Source: Hyphomonas sp. (GTDB taxonomy: Bacteria; Pseudomonadota; Alphaproteobacteria; Caulobacterales; Hyphomonadaceae). From it: a DNA stretch of 64,000 nt. The stretch is taken from NCBI GenBank assembly GCA_040223555.1, contig JAVKGA010000004.1:21758-85757 (forward strand), written 5' to 3'. The notes below the pieces were generated by a model. The model was not told the DNA's origin and did not search any database. It saw nothing but the letters and a program-made list of their open reading frames with translations. Position numbers and translations under genes: made by a program. The number at the start of each line of letters is the position of its first letter. Position 1 is the first letter of the stretch. Shown here piece by piece: positions 22,754 to 31,352 of the stretch.

Positions 22754-23626
22754 TCAGGCGACGTCGCGCAAAAGGCTTTTCGGCATCAGGCGCGCAGCCT
22801 GGCCGTGGACAATATCGCGCAGCATCGGCGCGCCGGCGCAATCCGGTATCGAGTCAGATGCATCCGCGATCAGGCCCTTCAGGCGGGCGATGGCGCCTGC
22901 CACGCCGAAGTTGTGGACAGCGTTCGGCCGGAGCAGCGAGGCATCCTGACCGGCGGGCTTTCCAAGTTCAGCCTCGTCGAGCAGGACGTCGCGAAGGTCA
23001 TCGGCAACCTGGTAAGCTTCGCCCAAGCGCTCACCGAGTGCACGCCAGGGTGCCGGATCCAGGCCCGCAGCGGCGGCGCCCGACATCGACGCGGCCACAA
23101 ACAGGGCGCCGGTCTTGGCCTGATGGTAGGCGCTCAGGTCAATCGACGCTTCACTTTCCCAGGCTTGCCCGGCGACGATCCCGCGCGGCGAACCGACGGC
23201 TTCGATCAGGATCGTCATGAGGGCCGGGAGCAATTCCGGGGCCGACCGGCACTGATTCAGCAGTGTCTCGAATGCTATGACGATCATCGCGTCACCCGCA
23301 AGCACGGCGAGAGGTTCACCAAAGGCAGAATGGACTGACGGTTTTCCGCGGCGTATCGCGGCGCCATCGAAGGCCGGCAAGTCATCGTGGACCAGCGAAG
23401 CGCAGTGCATCAGCTCAAGCGCCGCGGCTGCGCCACTTGCGGCTTCCATGCCCCGACCTTCTCCGCATGCTGCCGTGACCGCGACGCAGAGCTTGGGCCG
23501 CACCCGCGCACCCCCTGGAAAGACAGCATGACGAATGGCCTGCCCCAACATCGGCGGCGCCCCCGGCACCTCGCTCGCAGCGACAGCTCGATCCAGCACG
23601 CGGTCAATCAGAGTATCAACGTTCAT
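22754..23626 (-). CDS. crtE: Geranylgeranyl diphosphate synthase
   Basis: GGARVRP, HCASLVHDDLPAFD...RRGKPS, YQVADD. Confidence 0.95.
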   Translation of the reverse strand: MNVDTLIDRVLDRAVAASEVPGAPPMLGQAIRHAVFPGGARVRPKLCVAVTAACGEGRGMEAASGAAAALELMHCASLVHDDLPAFDGAAIRRGKPSVHSAFGEPLAVLAGDAMIVIAFETLLNQCRSAPELLPALMTILIEAVGSPRGIVAGQAWESEASIDLSAYHQAKTGALFVAASMSGAAAAGLDPAPWRALGERLGEAYQVADDLRDVLLDEAELGKPAGQDASLLRPNAVHNFGVAGAIARLKGLIADASDSIPDCAGAPMLRDIVHGQAARLMPKSLLRDVA

Positions 23627-23639
23627 GCGCTCTCCTTTG

Positions 23640-23683
23640 TGTCATCTTATGTTGTCATTCTTGACTGTCAAACTGTATTGACG
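23640..23683. promoter_or_regulatory. PpsR site pair in the crtE/crtC divergent promoter
   Basis: TGTCATCTTATGTTGTCA and TGTCAAACTGTATTGACG, 8 bp apart. Confidence 0.8.
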
Positions 23684-23707
23684 TTCTTTGAGCAAGAGGG
23701 AGTGCAG

Positions 23708-24673
23708 ATGGCCGAACCCCGACTTGCGCCGACACAACTGGGCCGCTTCTTTGATGCAGCGACCGATCCGGGTGGCTATGCCTGGTGGTATGCGGATGGC
23801 CTCAGCCTCGACGGAAACTATGGTTTCACGCTGATTGCCTTCATCGGCAGTGTCTTCTCGCCATATTATGCGTGGTCGCGCCGGGCCGACCCCTACAATC
23901 ATTGCGCGTTCAATCTGGCCCTGTACGGGCGGAGCGGCGGGCGCTGGACGATGACCGAACGCGGACGCGGCGACCTCGACGTCAGCGACAATCGGCTGGG
24001 CATCGGCCCGAGCGCCATGGACTGGAACGGCGAAACACTGACGATTGATATTGCTGAACGCGGCATGCCTGTTCCCCGCGCAGTTCGCGGCCAGATCCGG
24101 CTGAGGCCGCGCACCCTGAACGCCAAGGCCTTTGACATCGACACGCCGGGCCAGCATTTTTGGCAACCCATTGCACCCTCGGCTGAAGTCGACGTCCGGT
24201 TCACGGAGCCGGGACTCCGATGGACCGGGGACGCGTACATGGACACCAATCGGGGCAGTCGCCCACTCGAGGAGGCGTTCCGCTCCTGGAATTGGTCACG
24301 CGTCCACGGCGCGGATGGCCGCACGGGCATCCTTTACAACACGGTGGAGCGTTCAGGCGCCGAGCGGAATCTTGCTCTGGTCTTTGCGCCGGGCGGTGGC
24401 TTTACGACAATCACTCCCCCGCCCCGCGCGGAACTTCCGCCAACACCGGTTTTCCGTATCAAGCGAACCACACGGGCGAATGATCCCGCATCGGTGCGTC
24501 TCGGACGCACGTTGGAAGATACGCCGTTCTACAGCCGGTCCATCATCGAAAGCGACATGCTCGGAGAACGGTGCGCTGGAATACATGAGAGTTTTGATGG
24601 GGACCGGTTGGCGATGCCCTTGGTCAAGTTGATGCTGCCGTTCCGGATGCCTCGCCGCCCTATACGGAAATAA
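23708..24673 (+). CDS. crtC: Acyclic carotenoid 1,2-hydratase
   Basis: GGYAWWYADGLS, IAFIGSVFSPYY, RWTMTERG, LEDTPFYSRS, MLPFRMPR; GAGGGAG RBS. Confidence 0.95.
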   Translation: MAEPRLAPTQLGRFFDAATDPGGYAWWYADGLSLDGNYGFTLIAFIGSVFSPYYAWSRRADPYNHCAFNLALYGRSGGRWTMTERGRGDLDVSDNRLGIGPSAMDWNGETLTIDIAERGMPVPRAVRGQIRLRPRTLNAKAFDIDTPGQHFWQPIAPSAEVDVRFTEPGLRWTGDAYMDTNRGSRPLEEAFRSWNWSRVHGADGRTGILYNTVERSGAERNLALVFAPGGGFTTITPPPRAELPPTPVFRIKRTTRANDPASVRLGRTLEDTPFYSRSIIESDMLGERCAGIHESFDGDRLAMPLVKLMLPFRMPRRPIRK

Positions 24674-24679
24674 GCGGGA

Positions 24680-24829
24680 TCAGGCGTCAGCATCCGGGCG
24701 CCCGGCGTCAGCGGCCTCTTGCGCCTTGCGTCTTCGAATGGCCCGGTTGGTGCTCCAGAGTTCCCAGAAACCCCAGACCAGTGCCGAGCCACTGAAAATA
24801 ACAAGTTCCAGAAGGAAGAGGCTGTGCAC
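24680..24829 (-). CDS. Unannotated 49-aa single-TM Trp-rich peptide downstream of crtB
   Basis: Translated by hand: MHSLFLLELVIFSGSALVWGFWELWSTNRAIRRRKAQEAADAGRPDADA. GTG start 8 nt after an AGGAG that precedes the crtB stop; fills the crtC-crtB gap almost exactly. Confidence 0.7.
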   Translation of the reverse strand: MHSLFLLELVIFSGSALVWGFWELWSTNRAIRRRKAQEAADAGRPDADA

Positions 24830-24834
24830 GGGGC

Positions 24835-25890
24835 CTACTCCTGCGCGGGATACAGGTCGCGCTGCTCGAGGCGCAGAAACAGGTCGATTGCCCAGGCGGT
24901 CGATCCTGCTTTGGGCGAGGTCCCTGCCTCGGGCGGCGGCGGCGCGGCCTGAACCATGTCAACCAGAAACCGGCATTGAGCGGCGGCGGGCGCTGCGGGG
25001 TCGCTGCCGCCTGCCCGCACCGGGATGAACGAACTTGCGGCGAGCGCAATCTTGCGCCGCCTAGACACCACGGCGCGCCGCGCGATGCTGTCATGACCTG
25101 CGCGTGCGATTTCTGCGCCAATCTCGGCATAGATCGACGCGGCCGCGCGGATCGCAGGCCGGCACGCTTCGGGCAACAATGCGATTCCGCTGACGCCCGC
25201 ATCATAAAGCGGACGCGCCTCTTCCAGTAGACGCGCCGTCAGGGCGCGGACGCGGCTGTCTGCTTCAGCAAGGTGGGCCAGATCGTCTGGCGTCAGCCCC
25301 GCCTCCCGCAGCCAGGCAGACGGGAGATAGCAGCGACCGGCGCGGGCATCTTCGCCCACATCGCGAGCGATATTGGTCAATTGCATCGCAAGACCCAGAT
25401 CGCACGCCCGCGCAAGCGCTTCGCTGCTGCGCTCCCCCATGACCAGAGTCATCATTACGCCGACCGTTGCCGCAACGCGCGCCGCATAAGCCTTGACGTC
25501 GTCAAGCGTTTCGAACCGGCGTCCGGACGCGTCCCAATCAAACCCTTCCAGCAGGGCTTCCGGCACGCCGACCGGAATTGAATAGGTGGCCAGCACCCAT
25601 GAAAAAGCGCGGTCGACACTGGTCGGATCCGGACTGCCCAGATGCGCGCAGCGCAGCCGTCGGCGAATATCCCGCAACGCCGATTCCGGATCGGCGCCGA
25701 TATCAACAGCATCGTCGGAAACCCGGCAGAACGCGTAGATCGCATAAGCGGCTACCCGCACATCGCGCGGCAACAGAAGCGACGCTGCATGAAAACTCTT
25801 CGAACCATCGCGTATGATGCGCCCACACGCGACGAGGTCATTGGCCAGTTCGGCAGCCGTGTCTGGCGCCGGGGCGAGTCGTGGTTCCAT
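24835..25890 (-). CDS. crtB: Phytoene synthase
   Basis: GSKSFHAAS, YAFCRVSDDAVD, AMQLTNIARDVGEDA. Confidence 0.96.
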   Translation of the reverse strand: MEPRLAPAPDTAAELANDLVACGRIIRDGSKSFHAASLLLPRDVRVAAYAIYAFCRVSDDAVDIGADPESALRDIRRRLRCAHLGSPDPTSVDRAFSWVLATYSIPVGVPEALLEGFDWDASGRRFETLDDVKAYAARVAATVGVMMTLVMGERSSEALARACDLGLAMQLTNIARDVGEDARAGRCYLPSAWLREAGLTPDDLAHLAEADSRVRALTARLLEEARPLYDAGVSGIALLPEACRPAIRAAASIYAEIGAEIARAGHDSIARRAVVSRRRKIALAASSFIPVRAGGSDPAAPAAAQCRFLVDMVQAAPPPPEAGTSPKAGSTAWAIDLFLRLEQRDLYPAQE

Positions 25891-26012
25891 TTCGCGCGCC
25901 GTCTCCTCGGTGACTTCAGCGGGCAACCGTGCACATCAAGGCACCTTCCCATGCGCATGCTACGCTTTACACTTTCCTGAGTCATCCCTCCTGGACGCGC
26001 GAGACCGACGAC

Positions 26013-27503
26013 ATGGCGAAAACGCCTCGCATTGTAATCATCGGCGCTGGAGCCGGCGGACTGGCAGCGGCTGTCGACCTCGCAGGGGCCGGGCTCAATG
26101 TGACCGTTCTGGAAAAAGCTGACGAGGAAGGTGGCAAGATACGCCAGGTCGCGCACGGCGATGCCCGGATCGATGCCGGCCCGACGGTGTTTACGATGCG
26201 ATGGGTCTTCGAGAGTTTGTTCGGGGATCACGGGCAGGATCTGGATCAGGCGATGTCCCTGTCGCCCGCGAGCATTCTCGCGCGACACGCATGGACGAGT
26301 GGCAAACGGCTGGACCTGTACGCAGACCCGGACGCCAGCGCCGAAGCTATAGGCACATTTGCAGGGCGGGCCGAGGCAGCAGCGTACCGGAGTTTCGTTC
26401 AGGACTGCCGCGGTGCTCATGACACTCTGCGCGACACGTTCATGGCGGCCCAGAAGCCTTCCCCTGGCAGCCTGCTGTGGCGCGTCGGCGATCTCGGTGC
26501 GCTGTGGCGGACACGGCCGTTCGAAACCTATGGTGAGCGCCTGGCGGCCACCTTCTCGGACCCGGCACTGCGCCAGATGTTCGGCCGATACGCGACATAT
26601 GTCGGATCGTCCCCGTTCAAGGCGCCGGCGACTTTGATGCTGATTGCGCATGTCGAACAGGAAGGGGTCTGGATTCCACAAGGCGGTATGCATGCCGTCG
26701 CCGGAGCCATGCGCCGTCTGGCCGAGTCCCTCGGGGCCGTCATTCGTACGGGCGCGGCAGTTAGCGAGATACGCGTTTCAGGCGGCAAGGCAACCGGCGT
26801 CACGCTTGCTACGGGCGAAGAAATTGAGGCAGACGCGGTTGTTTTCAACGGCGACGCCAGCGCGCTGGCCGCCGGACTGCTCGGGGAGCGCGCTCGGGGC
26901 GGGGCCCGACCGGTTGGCCGAAAGGCGCGGTCCCTGTCGGCTGTGACCTGGTGCCTGGAGGCATCCACGCGCGGCTTTCCGCTGGACTATCACAACGTTT
27001 TCTTTGCCGACAACTACGAACGCGAGTTTGATTCCATATTCCGTGAGCGGACCATCCCGGATACGCCCACTGTCTACATCTGCGCGCAGGACAGGCACAC
27101 CAACATCAATCCACAAGGGGATGAGCGACTGCTCGTCCTGATCAACGCACCCGCCGATGGCGACCTTGCGGATGCCGGCTTCGGTGATGGCAGCCTTGAG
27201 GCGCATAAGGCTCTCCGGATGCTGGAAGCGTGCGGACTGGAACTTGCAGGCGGGCTGCCTGCCGGGCAGGTCTCAACACCCGAAACCTTCAATCGCCTTT
27301 TTCCCGGAACGGGCGGCGCCCTCTACGGGCGCGCCAATCATTCATCAATGGCAAGCTTCGCGCGGCCCGGCGCGGCAACATCTGTAAGCGGCCTCTATCT
27401 TGCGGGCGGGTCCGCCCATCCGGGGGCGGGTGTGCCGATGGCCACGCTTTCGGGACGCCTCGCGGCGGAGCGGCTGCTTCGGGACTACAAGCTCGCCCCC
27501 TAG
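26013..27503 (+). CDS. crtD: 1-hydroxycarotenoid 3,4-desaturase
   Basis: IIGAGAGGL, DAGPTVFTMRWVFE, MLIAHVEQEGVW, LAGGSAHPGAGVPMATLSG (CrtD-type). Confidence 0.92.
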   Translation: MAKTPRIVIIGAGAGGLAAAVDLAGAGLNVTVLEKADEEGGKIRQVAHGDARIDAGPTVFTMRWVFESLFGDHGQDLDQAMSLSPASILARHAWTSGKRLDLYADPDASAEAIGTFAGRAEAAAYRSFVQDCRGAHDTLRDTFMAAQKPSPGSLLWRVGDLGALWRTRPFETYGERLAATFSDPALRQMFGRYATYVGSSPFKAPATLMLIAHVEQEGVWIPQGGMHAVAGAMRRLAESLGAVIRTGAAVSEIRVSGGKATGVTLATGEEIEADAVVFNGDASALAAGLLGERARGGARPVGRKARSLSAVTWCLEASTRGFPLDYHNVFFADNYEREFDSIFRERTIPDTPTVYICAQDRHTNINPQGDERLLVLINAPADGDLADAGFGDGSLEAHKALRMLEACGLELAGGLPAGQVSTPETFNRLFPGTGGALYGRANHSSMASFARPGAATSVSGLYLAGGSAHPGAGVPMATLSGRLAAERLLRDYKLAP

Positions 27504-27513
27504 AGCGTCGGGC

Positions 27514-29052
27514 TCACCGGGTTCGCGTTGCATGCTGCCAGACGGCTGCGAGCGGCACCAGTTTATCGACAACCTTCGCCGAGCACAGAACGCTGGGAAC
27601 ACCTGCGCCGGGATGGGTGCCCGCCCCGACCAGAAAAAGGCCTTCGACATCAGGGCTGAGATTGTGGGGCCGAAACCATGCACTCTGGAAAAGCAGGGGC
27701 TCCGGACCGAAAGCGGCGCCTTTGGATGACAGGAGACGGTCGCGGAAATCTTCAGGGGTCAGCATCCGCTCGCTGACGATATTCTCTCTGAGCCCCGGCA
27801 GGATTGTCTCTTCAAGTCGCGTGGCGACCTTGTCGCGGAATGCCGCCGCTGCACGTTTCCAGTCGACGCCGCTATCGAGATTCGGCACCGGCGCCAGAAC
27901 ATAGAAAGCATCGCAGCCTTCCGGGGCCAGTGTCGGATCACTCGCTGTGGGGCGATGAAGATAGAGACTGAAATCCTCTGCGAGAACCTTATTGCGGAAT
28001 ATGTCGTCCAGCAGACCCTTGTAGCGCGGGCCCAGCAGGATCGTGTGATGATCGACGCCGTCATACTGACGGCGTGTTCCGAAATACCAGACGAAGAGGC
28101 TCATCGACTGGCTGACCCGGTCAACCTTGCCGTCGGTCCAGACCGCGCGGCGCGTGTTGCGCAGAAGCCGGGAATAGGTCCAGCCCACCTCCGCATTCGA
28201 GACGATGAGGTCGGCGCTGATGACTTCGCCGCTTGCCAACCGCACACCTGTTGCGCGGCCCTCTTGCGTGATGATCTCGTCGACTTCGCAATCGTAGCGC
28301 AGCTGGTTGCCCTGCCCCTCGATCAGGTCAACCAATCCCCGGACCACCGCGCCGGTTCCTCCGACCGCATAGTGGACACCCCACAGACGCTCGAGATGCG
28401 AGATCAGGCAGTAATAGGCCGATGTCGAGAATGGATTGCCGCCCACAAAGAGCGGATGGAAGGAAAAGGCGATGCGGAGCTGCTCATTGCTGAAGTAGTC
28501 GGCAACCTTACCGTAGACGGAGCGATATCCCCCGAGGCGCACCATGTCCGGCGCCGCCGCAAGCAAAGCCGGCAACTCATGGAAGGGTTCGGCCGCAAGG
28601 CGCGTATACGCCGCGTCGAAAATTTTTGCGCTGGCGGCAAGAAAACGGTCAAAGCCGGCCAGGTCCCCGGGCTCGAACCTGGCGATTTCAGCGCGGGTTG
28701 CCGCCTCGTCCGCATAGGCGGAGAACACCGTTCCGTCATCAAAGCGGATCCGGTAAAAGGGATCGAGAGGGCGCAATTTTACGTGGTCCTCGAACTGCTT
28801 GCCGCAGATCTCCCAAAGTTCGGCGAACAGATGCGGCGCGGTCAGGATTGTCGGCCCGGCATCGAACGTGAAGCCGTCCTGCCTGAACGTGAAAGCACGC
28901 CCCCCCGGGCCCTCCAGCCGTTCGACGACTGTGACGCGATAACCCTTGGCACCAAGCCTCACGGCCGCCGCGAGACCGCCGAAGCCTGACCCGATCACCA
29001 CCGCATGCGGCGCCGCCTCATCCCAAGATGGTGATGCACTCATACCGTCCAT
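27514..29052 (-). CDS. crtI: Phytoene desaturase
   Basis: VIGSGFGGLAAAVRL, FDAGPTILT, QSAWFRPHN, VGAGTHPGAGVP. Confidence 0.95.
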   Translation of the reverse strand: MDGMSASPSWDEAAPHAVVIGSGFGGLAAAVRLGAKGYRVTVVERLEGPGGRAFTFRQDGFTFDAGPTILTAPHLFAELWEICGKQFEDHVKLRPLDPFYRIRFDDGTVFSAYADEAATRAEIARFEPGDLAGFDRFLAASAKIFDAAYTRLAAEPFHELPALLAAAPDMVRLGGYRSVYGKVADYFSNEQLRIAFSFHPLFVGGNPFSTSAYYCLISHLERLWGVHYAVGGTGAVVRGLVDLIEGQGNQLRYDCEVDEIITQEGRATGVRLASGEVISADLIVSNAEVGWTYSRLLRNTRRAVWTDGKVDRVSQSMSLFVWYFGTRRQYDGVDHHTILLGPRYKGLLDDIFRNKVLAEDFSLYLHRPTASDPTLAPEGCDAFYVLAPVPNLDSGVDWKRAAAAFRDKVATRLEETILPGLRENIVSERMLTPEDFRDRLLSSKGAAFGPEPLLFQSAWFRPHNLSPDVEGLFLVGAGTHPGAGVPSVLCSAKVVDKLVPLAAVWQHATRTR

Positions 29053-29074
29053 CTTGCCCTGTCTTTCATCCCGG

Positions 29075-30382
29075 TCATTTTGCCGGCGGGGGATCACGCT
29101 GCTCGATCTGGCGGCGCGTATGCCAGACACCGGCGATCGCGAGCGCGAGCGCGAGCGGCGCGGCAACACCCATCGCAAACTTCGGATCGACATGCACGCC
29201 GATCGCAGAAAGCCCGCCCGCGAAGTACCCGATCACACCAACGACGTAGTAGGTGACGGCTGCTACGGAGAGGCCTTCAACGGTCTGCTGCAGGCGCAGC
29301 TGTAACTCGGCCCGCTTGTTCATGCTTTCCAGAATCTGCCGGTTTTGGATCTGCAGCGACTTGTCGACTTTTGCAGAAAGAAGCTGCGCTGCGCGGTCAA
29401 CCCGCTCAGACAAGGCCGCTTGGCGCTGGGCGGCCGACTGGCAAGTGTCCATCGCCGGCGCGAGCCGGCGCTCCGTGAATTCGCTGAACATCTGCATGTC
29501 GGCGAGACGGTCTTCGCGAAGCTCCAAGATGCGCCGCTGAACCAAGGCATAATAGGCCGCCGCGGCACCAAAGCGAAACTGCGTTTCGGTGTGGCTCTTT
29601 TCGATGGCCGCCTGAAGCGCCGTCAATCGATCCAAAAGGCGCGCCTCATCATCCGCGCCGGAAGCCGTCATTTCGGTGACCACCCGGGACAACTCGGACT
29701 CCCATTCAGATAGCTGAGGCGAGAGGGTCTGGGCGACCGGCAAGGCCAGCAGCGCCATGATCCGGTATGTCTCGATTTCGAGCAGCCTCTGGACAATGCG
29801 TCCGGCATGCCAGGGCGTCATGGAGTGATTGAGAACGAGGAATCGGGAAAACCCGTCCGCATGCAAACGAAAGTCGGTCACGCTATTGGCGGCGCCGCCC
29901 GCGATCGACGAGCCGATCAGCGCGTTGCCACTGAAATGCTGTGCCGAAAGTTCACCGTGAGTCGGAGGCCCCCCCGTGCTTTCCGGCATCAGCGCGGCAT
30001 GCGTTGCCACGATCAGTTCTCCCGGCAGTTTGGCAATCCAGTCCGCCGGCGCCGACTCGATGGCGGTCGCTGAAAAGGCCGCGCTGCCGGGTTTGGCGGC
30101 GACAATGAAAGTGTATCGGGTGAACTCGGTATGACGTTCCCAGATCAGCCGGAAGTCGCGCAAATCGACACTGTAATGCTTGACGCCCGGCCCCGGCGGC
30201 GTCGCACCGTACCGCCGCGTGACTTCCGCGACGATTTCGCGGTCGGCGTCGGAGTAGGGCCAGTTCGTCGTAAGGGCGATGCAGGAAAGCTTGACCGCAC
30301 CCTCCAACGGTTCAGACGGACGCGCGTGGACCTCGTTGCTGAGTCCGTATCTCTGCTCATGGCTTTCTGGCAACGTCAGCAT
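29075..30382 (-). CDS. DUF3422-family membrane-anchored protein
   Basis: LSNEVHARP, WERHTEFTRY, GRIVQRLLEIETYRIMALL, RRLAPAMDTC, QLRLQQTVEGLSVAAVTYY, then two C-terminal TM segments. Confidence 0.88.
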   Translation of the reverse strand: MLTLPESHEQRYGLSNEVHARPSEPLEGAVKLSCIALTTNWPYSDADREIVAEVTRRYGATPPGPGVKHYSVDLRDFRLIWERHTEFTRYTFIVAAKPGSAAFSATAIESAPADWIAKLPGELIVATHAALMPESTGGPPTHGELSAQHFSGNALIGSSIAGGAANSVTDFRLHADGFSRFLVLNHSMTPWHAGRIVQRLLEIETYRIMALLALPVAQTLSPQLSEWESELSRVVTEMTASGADDEARLLDRLTALQAAIEKSHTETQFRFGAAAAYYALVQRRILELREDRLADMQMFSEFTERRLAPAMDTCQSAAQRQAALSERVDRAAQLLSAKVDKSLQIQNRQILESMNKRAELQLRLQQTVEGLSVAAVTYYVVGVIGYFAGGLSAIGVHVDPKFAMGVAAPLALALAIAGVWHTRRQIEQRDPPPAK

Positions 30383-30446
30383 GTGTCCATCTCCCGCGTA
30401 CGCCCAAAATGTGATCTGGAGCGCGTGAAGCATTTGTCACGCGTCT

Positions 30447-31349
30447 TCATGTCCCGGACTTCCGCACCCGCGCCTGTGCCTGTTGCAACACGGCGAAAAT
30501 CGAAGCGGCCACGCGTTCCGCATCTTCTTCGTGCGCGAGATGGCCGAGCCCGGTGAGGCGCTCCAAGGTAAATGACTTGTAGCGGCGCGCGATGTCAGCT
30601 GCATCCTCCGGCGCCACCGCGCGGTCGTTGAGGCCAACGATCTGGTGGAGGCCCAGCCCGGCACGGGCAAACCCGGGCAAAACCCCTGACACGTCCCAGT
30701 TCGCCATCATGGTCAGGGTTCCGGAAACATGGCGAGGCGCGCCAAACAGGCGGCTGTAGTTTCTGAGGTAGTCCGGGCCCGGACGCGAACCTGTGCCTTC
30801 GATCAGCCGGGCAACCCGCTCCGGGTCTCGCCCGCCTTTCGCCAGCGCATGATAGGCAATTGGATTGATCGCCAGCGCCTTGGCCATCATCGGCGCTATC
30901 AGCGCCGCTGGCCCGCCGAAGGGTTTGAGCGCGCCGTTCAGGGCAATGACGTGGCGTAGAGGGGAGCCCAACTGCGGCGCCATCTTCAAGGCAATCGCCG
31001 CCCCAGCCGAATGTCCGACAATACAGGCGGGATGAAACTGCTCCGCCGCGAGCAGCGCGTTCAGGCTGCGCACCATTCCGGGCAATGATGCATCCAGACG
31101 TCCGACCGGCACGGTAAATCCATGACCGGGCAAATCCATCGCGAGCACATCAAACTGCCGCGCGAGCGCCGGTAGAAGACCGGCCCATGAATGGGTTGAC
31201 GCACCCGTGCCGTGCAGCAGGAGCAGGCTTTCGCCCTGCCCTGCCCGCTGGATATGCCAGCGATAGCCTCCTGCCTCGACAAACCGGCTCACATCTCGGT
31301 TCGGCCAGTCTGCGCCCTCAGTCGTCCAGTCGAGTCCCTGCGCCTTCAC
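30447..31349 (-). CDS. bchO: Alpha/beta hydrolase, Mg-chelatase accessory protein
   Basis: DWPNRDVSRFV, LLHGTGASTHSW, VGHSAG, GHLAHEE. Confidence 0.93.
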   Translation of the reverse strand: MKAQGLDWTTEGADWPNRDVSRFVEAGGYRWHIQRAGQGESLLLLHGTGASTHSWAGLLPALARQFDVLAMDLPGHGFTVPVGRLDASLPGMVRSLNALLAAEQFHPACIVGHSAGAAIALKMAPQLGSPLRHVIALNGALKPFGGPAALIAPMMAKALAINPIAYHALAKGGRDPERVARLIEGTGSRPGPDYLRNYSRLFGAPRHVSGTLTMMANWDVSGVLPGFARAGLGLHQIVGLNDRAVAPEDAADIARRYKSFTLERLTGLGHLAHEEDAERVAASIFAVLQQAQARVRKSGT

Positions 31350-31352
31350 ATG

